Assembly (NCBI GenBank): GCA_947457095.1
Contig: CANGUK010000001.1
Location: 3,064 to 67,063 of the forward strand
DNA: 64,000 nt
Reading direction: 5' to 3'
From: Cyclobacteriaceae bacterium
Lineage (GTDB): Bacteria; Bacteroidota; Bacteroidia; Cytophagales; Cyclobacteriaceae
Shown in pieces: positions 58,062 through 64,000 of this stretch (the stretch's first letter is position 1; each line of letters starts with the position of its first letter). The notes under the pieces were generated by a model. The model made no database searches. It was not told where the DNA came from and saw nothing but the letters and a program-made list of their open reading frames with translations. The translations under genes and the position numbers were made by a program.

Positions 58062-60026
58062 TTAATTTTCCTTCAAGAAATAGGTATCCTTGAGTTTGGC
58101 ACGGCTTAGGCTATCCTGTTGAATCTTAGTCAGGGAGTCCAGCTGGGCTTTTTCGGATTCAAAGGAATCCCAATCGCGTCGCTCTCCCTTTTTTTCAGGG
58201 CAAGTGAGGCAGGTAAGGCCTGATTCGTTGAAAACCCAAATCGCTTCTGGACGGACATCCTCTCGATCGTAGCCATTTTTATATAGCGTATTTTCTAGGA
58301 TGTCTAATAAGCTGTCGTCCATGATAAAGGGTTTGTTGTAAGGAATCGCCAAGCTTAGGTTTAGTTTTTGGTCTCGGAAAGCACCCAAGGTTTTCATGTC
58401 AAATCCCCGTTCAAAGGTGATGACGGAATCCTTTACAGCATAGCTATAGGCTATCTTTTTGATATTTTCTTGCGCCTGCGTTTTGCTTTGGCCTCGCGAG
58501 AAATATTCTTGATTTAGGGTAAGGACACTGTCTTCGGTGCCTTTAAGTTCAAGGACTACGCGCTGGTAAAACTCATCATCTTCTTCATCTTCTACCTTCA
58601 AGAAGAGTACGCCTTGGCCTAAGGTGACTGGGGTGTTGGTAATCACTCGGTCTTCTGCTTTAAACTTGGCGATGACGCGTGGAATTTGAAATCCTAGGGT
58701 AGCGATGCACATCAGCCAGAGTGCAAGTGCCACTAAGCCAAACTTACTTCCTACCAAATTTTTCTTGGACAGCACACTCAATCCGAGCATCAAGATCACA
58801 ATTCCAGGAATCGCGAGCACTCCTAGTCCGGCAGCTGCCAGTCCCGTAGGAACCAATTCAGTAATCATTTCCAATGGAAATGCAAATGCATCCCCTGGGC
58901 CATAGTATACTGGATCTATTATTCCCAAATAAAGAGCGAAGGTGACCAAGGGAGCCCCTACGAGCACCATGCCAAAGATAAATATGATCAATCCGAAAAA
59001 GAGGCGAAGAAGGGTGAGTAGGAATTTTCCTAAGGATCCGAGCGCAGAACCTAGGGCTTCAATCACCTGTCCTAATAATTGAAAAGGTTTCATTAGTACC
59101 ATGACTGTATTTTTAACAGTAGACTCTGGCGTTGGAGGAGCTGGATTGATGGTTTCTTTGAGTGTGGAATCGATGTTATCCAAGGTGATCTCGCCCCCTT
59201 TCATTTTGATGCGTTCCGTGATGGAACTCGCCAATGGGGTAATGATCCATAGAATCAGGTAAATCACTATGCCAGACCCACCTGCAATAGCCAGGATGAC
59301 AAAAGCCAACCGAACATAGAGTTCTTTGATACCGAAGTATGCGGCTAAGCCACTTGCTACCCCTCCAAGAGCTTTATCGTCCGGGTTTCGAAATAGTTTT
59401 TTGATTTCTTTATTTTCTTCATTGGCATAGGATACTGGAAGAATCACCCACAAGACGATGTAGGCGACCACTGCAAGTCCGGCAAACCCAAAATTGACCT
59501 TAACCTGCCCAAAAGGATTAAAATCGAAAAGGTCAAAGTTGATATTCCCACTAAAAAGCAGGAGAATGGCGATCAATCGAATCCAAAGCGCATCGATGGC
59601 GAAGTAATGCGCGATTCCGGCACAGACGCCACCCAAGATTTTCTTGTGCTCCATTCGCATGAGTTTTTTGTAACCTCCTGGCTCAGCATTGGGTGGTGTC
59701 ACGTATTTGTAAAAATCATCGCTCGCAGGATCTACCGCTTCCTCTGCTTCTTCCTTCTCCTCCAAGGAGCTGAAGTCTGCAATGGTTCCCATTTTTTCAA
59801 TGAGGCGAGTGACATTCTCGGCCGTGATGACTTGGTTGTTGTTTTTGAGGTAGGAAAGGAATATTTCTGCGATGCGATTTTCGATATCGGAAACAATTTC
59901 TTTGCTATCAGGGTAGCCAGAAAAGTGGGTATTGATGCTTTCTAGGTAGTTTTTGAGGGTATCGTATCCATCTTCTTCGATGTGAAATAAAATACCGCTG
60001 ATGTTGATGCTCAATGTCTTTTTCAT
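58062..60026 (-). CDS. Membrane protein with two PspC domains
   Basis: MKKTLSINISG N-terminus; LGGVCAGIAHYF and LGGVASGLAAYF repeats. Confidence 0.9.
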   Translation of the reverse strand: MKKTLSINISGILFHIEEDGYDTLKNYLESINTHFSGYPDSKEIVSDIENRIAEIFLSYLKNNNQVITAENVTRLIEKMGTIADFSSLEEKEEAEEAVDPASDDFYKYVTPPNAEPGGYKKLMRMEHKKILGGVCAGIAHYFAIDALWIRLIAILLLFSGNINFDLFDFNPFGQVKVNFGFAGLAVVAYIVLWVILPVSYANEENKEIKKLFRNPDDKALGGVASGLAAYFGIKELYVRLAFVILAIAGGSGIVIYLILWIITPLASSITERIKMKGGEITLDNIDSTLKETINPAPPTPESTVKNTVMVLMKPFQLLGQVIEALGSALGSLGKFLLTLLRLFFGLIIFIFGMVLVGAPLVTFALYLGIIDPVYYGPGDAFAFPLEMITELVPTGLAAAGLGVLAIPGIVILMLGLSVLSKKNLVGSKFGLVALALWLMCIATLGFQIPRVIAKFKAEDRVITNTPVTLGQGVLFLKVEDEEDDEFYQRVVLELKGTEDSVLTLNQEYFSRGQSKTQAQENIKKIAYSYAVKDSVITFERGFDMKTLGAFRDQKLNLSLAIPYNKPFIMDDSLLDILENTLYKNGYDREDVRPEAIWVFNESGLTCLTCPEKKGERRDWDSFESEKAQLDSLTKIQQDSLSRAKLKDTYFLKEN

Positions 60027-60045
60027 GAGTTGGTCGACGAAGGGA

Positions 60046-60375
60046 TTACTTCTTTTTGGTGATTTGATTGATGGACTGCACCAAGGCCTTCCAGGTTTCG
60101 GCTAGGCTCTTCAAGGTAGCCTGCCCTTCCTCCGTAATGGAGTAGTATTTTCGAGGAGGGCCTGCCTCCGATTCTACCCAGCGGTAGCTAACTAATGCCG
60201 ATGATTTGAGTCGGTTGAGTAGGGGATACAGGGTACCCTCTACGACGATCATCTGCGCTTGGGTGAGTTCTTCAATCAAGTCAGAGGTATAAACTTCCCC
60301 TCTGGAAATGATTTGCAATACGCAGTACTCCAGGAGTCCTTTGCGCATTTGTACTTGGGTGTTGGTTAGATTCAT
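60046..60375 (-). CDS. PadR-family regulator
   Basis: QMRKGLLE, EGTLYPLLNRL, GPPRKYY. Confidence 0.95.
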   Translation of the reverse strand: MNLTNTQVQMRKGLLEYCVLQIISRGEVYTSDLIEELTQAQMIVVEGTLYPLLNRLKSSALVSYRWVESEAGPPRKYYSITEEGQATLKSLAETWKALVQSINQITKKK

Positions 60376-60800
60376 GGATGTGGTAATTGGCTTCTTAAGA
60401 AAGGAGTAGATTCACCTTCCTCGGTCTACTCTAAGAAAAAGTAGTACCAACTTTTAAGTAGAGTACCTTGTATAACCTAATTCTAGGTATTCAATTAAAA
60501 ACAATTTCTAAATTGATTGATTAACCTATTGATAATGAGATAAATTCATGTAATTTCAATAGCTGTAAAAAATAAAAAAATTTTAGCATCCTTACTTTTT
60601 TCGGTTTTAGCGCCTCCTACGTTGTTCAACTTTAGGACAGGGAAGTGCCCGAAAATGTACATTTTTTTTGAGTCCTGATTCCGTGCGGTTTTGAAGTAAT
60701 TTCATTTGTACCGATTTTAAAGCCCACCATACCCCACTTTATTTTTTCTGTCTTTTCAATTTTTTTAATCCTGAGCTCCCCTCAAATCCCCCATTTTTTC

Positions 60801-62927
60801 ATGAGAACTCCCTTCGTTCTAATTCTCCTTAGTTGTGGCCTGTCCAGTTTTTCCTTGGCCCAAGATTCGGTTTGGTACAGCTATGACCTGATCCATTACA
60901 AAATTCAAACTGCTGTAGAAGGCATCTACCGGATTTACCCCGCAAGTTTGGAGGATGCTGGAATTTCGCTTCGAAGGGTAGATCCTCGATTTTTTCGACT
61001 CTACCACCGAGGGAGGGAAGTGGCTATTCAGGTAGCTGGTGAGCAGGATGGGCGACTGGATCCAGAGGATTACCTGGAATTTTTGGGGAAAAGAAACGAG
61101 GAGTGGAGGGATTCAGGGATTGCAATTCCAAATCCCTATGTCAATACCTACTCAGATACCACTGCCTTTTTTCTGGTCTATACCCCTGGGGAGCTGGGGA
61201 AGCGAATGCAATTCAAGGCTCCTCTTCCTGCCTCGGATCAGTTTGAAGCAGTGCAACTCCAGGTGTTTGCCGAGGAGTATTCCTTTGGAGAAACTTCCCG
61301 CTGGGGACTTCGCACTTCAACACCGAAAGAGGGACAGGGCTGGATGACTTCGGTGATTGTTCCCAGTCGGGATCTGAAGTTTCAACTGGATGCTGCCTTT
61401 AAAGAAGTGGATTCCCAATCTATTTCTCTGGAGCTGGGTTGGGTAGGGCGCTCGACTATGGACCATGCGCCCTTACTTTGGATTGGTACTTCTTCCAAGG
61501 TCCTTAGACCCCTTCCGAGTCCTCAATTTTCTGGACATGAATCGCTCAGGCAATCTTTGGTTCTTCAGCAAGAGGATTTCCAAGAAGATACCCTCAAGCT
61601 CCATTTGGCTGTAAATTCTGCTCGAAAAGGAGATTATTTTTCGTTGGCTTTTGCCCGACTTACCTACTTGCTGCCCATAGATAAGGCAAGTCCTGGACCC
61701 GATTCTCGCCGATTTACAGTGGAAGCAGTGCAAGCGGTCCGCTTTCGAGATTACCTGAGCCAGTCAGCCAACTACCTGATTGTGGGACATGGGCAACTCG
61801 AACGGCCAAGTCTTTCCTATCCAAATCCGCTTCATGCCTATGCTGCGTACAGGGCCTCTGAAGCTGGAGGGAGTTACGACACCTTGGTGCTTCGAATGGA
61901 GGACTTGTACGATCAATTTGCCTTTGGCGAAAAAAACCCATTGGCGCTACACGCATTTTTGAAATCCTACTGGCCGAAGCACCAACCCAAGTACCTCCTC
62001 CTTGCAGGCCGTGCACTTGTTCCCTATGCACAAAAGTGGGCGGAGAATCGTGCGGTTTACCAGCGAAACGTACCCAAGGCCTTTGCCTTTCAGGACCTTG
62101 TGCCCACAGGAGGATTTCCGCCCTCAGACTCCCAATTTATAAGGCAACTTCAAGTGGTTGATTCTACTTTTCCGGCTATGGCCGTGGGGAGAATTCCGGC
62201 CAAAAATGTGCAAGAGCTCTCCGATTACTTGGATAAAGTCAAGGAAAAAGAGCTTTTGAAAATTTCTGGGCCCCAAAAAATCCTTCATCTGGTGGGCGGG
62301 ATGAACCCTGTAGAAATCGAGCGGCACCGTAGTTTTATGGAGGGCTTTGCTACTGTTGCAAAAAATGGAATTCCAGAAGTGGAAGTGATCAAGCAGGTAA
62401 AGGAAGATTCTGTTGAGGTGCAGCACCTGGATTTAAAAAATGAAATCAAGGAGGGCCTGGAACTGCTGACGTACTTTGGCCATGGATCCTTGCGGTACAA
62501 CGAACTTGATTTTGGGTACGTTTCTGACCCCAGCCTGGGCTATGCCAATTCTGTATATCCCCTGCTACTCATCAATGGCTGCGAATACGGAAATGCTTTT
62601 GGTTCGAGCTACAGCCAAGGAGAGGATTGGCTGATCACTCCGAAAAAGGGAGCGATTGCTGTACTTTCTAACTCGGGCTTGGGAGTGGACCTGCTGCTCA
62701 AGCGCTCCACCGAATTGCTGTATCGAGGACTGTTTGACTGGAGGGAATCCTCTTGTCCACCGACGCTTGGCGAGGTCCTTCTGGGGGCTGAAAAAGAGTT
62801 TATTGTTCGCTATGGTAACCGTCTCGAGTACCAGGCCCATTGGGCGCAATTGATTCTGTTGGGAGATCCCGCGCTGCGGTTCTTTAACTGTAGAACTTCC
62901 ACGAATTTATCGGAAGTGAAGAAATGA
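60801..62927 (+). CDS. C25 (gingipain/PorU-like) cysteine peptidase, lacking C-terminal domains
   Basis: Signal peptide; GIYRI, LYDQFAFG, VGRIP, catalytic YFGHGS and NGC, LLGDPAL. Confidence 0.82.
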   Translation: MRTPFVLILLSCGLSSFSLAQDSVWYSYDLIHYKIQTAVEGIYRIYPASLEDAGISLRRVDPRFFRLYHRGREVAIQVAGEQDGRLDPEDYLEFLGKRNEEWRDSGIAIPNPYVNTYSDTTAFFLVYTPGELGKRMQFKAPLPASDQFEAVQLQVFAEEYSFGETSRWGLRTSTPKEGQGWMTSVIVPSRDLKFQLDAAFKEVDSQSISLELGWVGRSTMDHAPLLWIGTSSKVLRPLPSPQFSGHESLRQSLVLQQEDFQEDTLKLHLAVNSARKGDYFSLAFARLTYLLPIDKASPGPDSRRFTVEAVQAVRFRDYLSQSANYLIVGHGQLERPSLSYPNPLHAYAAYRASEAGGSYDTLVLRMEDLYDQFAFGEKNPLALHAFLKSYWPKHQPKYLLLAGRALVPYAQKWAENRAVYQRNVPKAFAFQDLVPTGGFPPSDSQFIRQLQVVDSTFPAMAVGRIPAKNVQELSDYLDKVKEKELLKISGPQKILHLVGGMNPVEIERHRSFMEGFATVAKNGIPEVEVIKQVKEDSVEVQHLDLKNEIKEGLELLTYFGHGSLRYNELDFGYVSDPSLGYANSVYPLLLINGCEYGNAFGSSYSQGEDWLITPKKGAIAVLSNSGLGVDLLLKRSTELLYRGLFDWRESSCPPTLGEVLLGAEKEFIVRYGNRLEYQAHWAQLILLGDPALRFFNCRTSTNLSEVKK

Positions 62928-62969
62928 AATTGACTTTGGGCTTTTTTCGCATGAGTAGCCTATCCACTT

Positions 62970-63329
62970 TTAAGAAATTGACTGCCCAAAAGTCAATAGG
63001 TTGTGATCCGGATCTAGTAGCGAAAATTCACGCTGTCCCCAAGGTTTAGTTTCTAGTGGCCCATTCGGATGAATGGACACTTTTCGATCCAAAAAATACT
63101 GGTAAAGGTAGTCAATAGCCTCCGTTCTTAGATAAATCTGTCCGTAGTTTTGTAGAGGATCCAGTCCCGGAAATAGAAAAAAGTGGAGTTCAATTGCGTC
63201 CTTTTGAACCATCAGGTATTCGGGGTAGTCTTGTTTGCCCACGAGTTGAAATCCCAGTTGCTCCACATAATAAGCTTGGGTAATGGCTTTGTTGCGCATA
63301 GGCAACTTGGGGTGAACGGATAAAATCAT
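62970..63329 (-). CDS. VOC / bleomycin-resistance family protein
   Basis: YVEQLGF, KPWGQREFSLLDPDHNLLTFG. Confidence 0.9.
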   Translation of the reverse strand: MILSVHPKLPMRNKAITQAYYVEQLGFQLVGKQDYPEYLMVQKDAIELHFFLFPGLDPLQNYGQIYLRTEAIDYLYQYFLDRKVSIHPNGPLETKPWGQREFSLLDPDHNLLTFGQSIS

Positions 63330-63377
63330 AACTAGAAGATTTAGTTAGGCTAAGGTTCGATTTTTCAGTGATTCAAA

Positions 63378-64000
63378 CTAGCTTTTTTTCTTGTTCCAGA
63401 AATGCCAAATTCCCCAGATGCTTCCAACAAGTAGTAGCCCAAGTACCAACCAATCATGCGGATCTTTCAGGGAGGCTTGTGCATCCAAAAAAGACTGAGC
63501 TGCCATCCCTGAAGCGAATGCTAGGATGGTTCTTGGGAGCATGCCTGGGAGTCCAAAGCGGATGATTTTAGAAAGAGGAATCCCCAAGGAGGCAAACAGA
63601 AAATTGGAAATCGCAAATGGAATCACCGGGCTGATCCGGACAAAAAACACGAGTCCGGCAGGCTGGTCTGTTCTTCGCTCTATTTCCTCTTGTAAGCTAG
63701 GGTGGCGTGCATAAAGGAGGGTTCGGAAATCCGCATTGAGCCACTTTCCCAAGGAGTAGCCCAATACATTCGCCAGGAGGTAGGCGATCACGAGGTGAGG
63801 AAATACAGTCCATCCCCAAAAGAAGCCTGATGCGAGCGCAGTAAAAGTGGTGGGGAGGAAGGCTAGCCCAACCAAAAGCGCCAGGATCAGAGTCAGTAGG
63901 ATATGATCTCCAATTCCTGTCAAAACGATTTGTTCCAGTTGCTCGTAGCGAGTGCTGAGCAAGAGCGAACCCAGGAGCGGGACAAAGCTGACCCAAATCC
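63378..64000 (-). CDS. VTT/TVP38 (DedA-like) membrane protein, 5' end outside the window
   Basis: ASGFFWGW, FVRISPVIPFAISN, GMLPRT; frame stays open to the window edge. Confidence 0.85.
   Translation of the reverse strand, partial: IWVSFVPLLGSLLLSTRYEQLEQIVLTGIGDHILLTLILALLVGLAFLPTTFTALASGFFWGWTVFPHLVIAYLLANVLGYSLGKWLNADFRTLLYARHPSLQEEIERRTDQPAGLVFFVRISPVIPFAISNFLFASLGIPLSKIIRFGLPGMLPRTILAFASGMAAQSFLDAQASLKDPHDWLVLGLLLVGSIWGIWHFWNKKKS

Overview
A 64 kb, gene-dense chromosomal window from a Bacteroidota genome, most likely Cyclobacteriaceae/Algoriphagus-like. This assignment is inferred from gene content, TAnnTTTG promoters, A-rich non-SD leaders and many lipoproteins. Housekeeping genes include sucD, hemJ-SCO-cytochrome c, meaB, dnaA, methylmalonyl-CoA mutase, ferredoxin and its reductase, ppsA, slyD, ffh, clpC and padR-pspC. 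I saw no rRNA, tRNA, CRISPR array, transposase or prophage. The most notable block is a ~20 kb sugar-catabolic region (22.7-42.4 kb). It holds a GH43, two divergent large heme-c beta-propeller lipoproteins, a DUF1080 3-keto-glycoside enzyme, DUF4432, a cupin, a TIM barrel and a levoglucosan-dehydrogenase-like Gfo/Idh/MocA gene broken by one in-frame TAG. This block converges on a rhamnose-type aldolase/dehydrogenase-kinase-lutABC operon with no isomerase gene. Two intergenic regions (36.0-36.2 kb and 53.0-53.2 kb) are mosaics of a shared heptamer-periodic, palindromic REP-like family. Other oddities are a Zrg-like His-rich ABC/DUF3299 system, a C-terminally truncated C25 (PorU-like) peptidase, a NagB-PIG-L fusion, and two Crp/Fnr-type boxes at identical class II spacing. 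All family assignments are motif recognition by eye, not database results.
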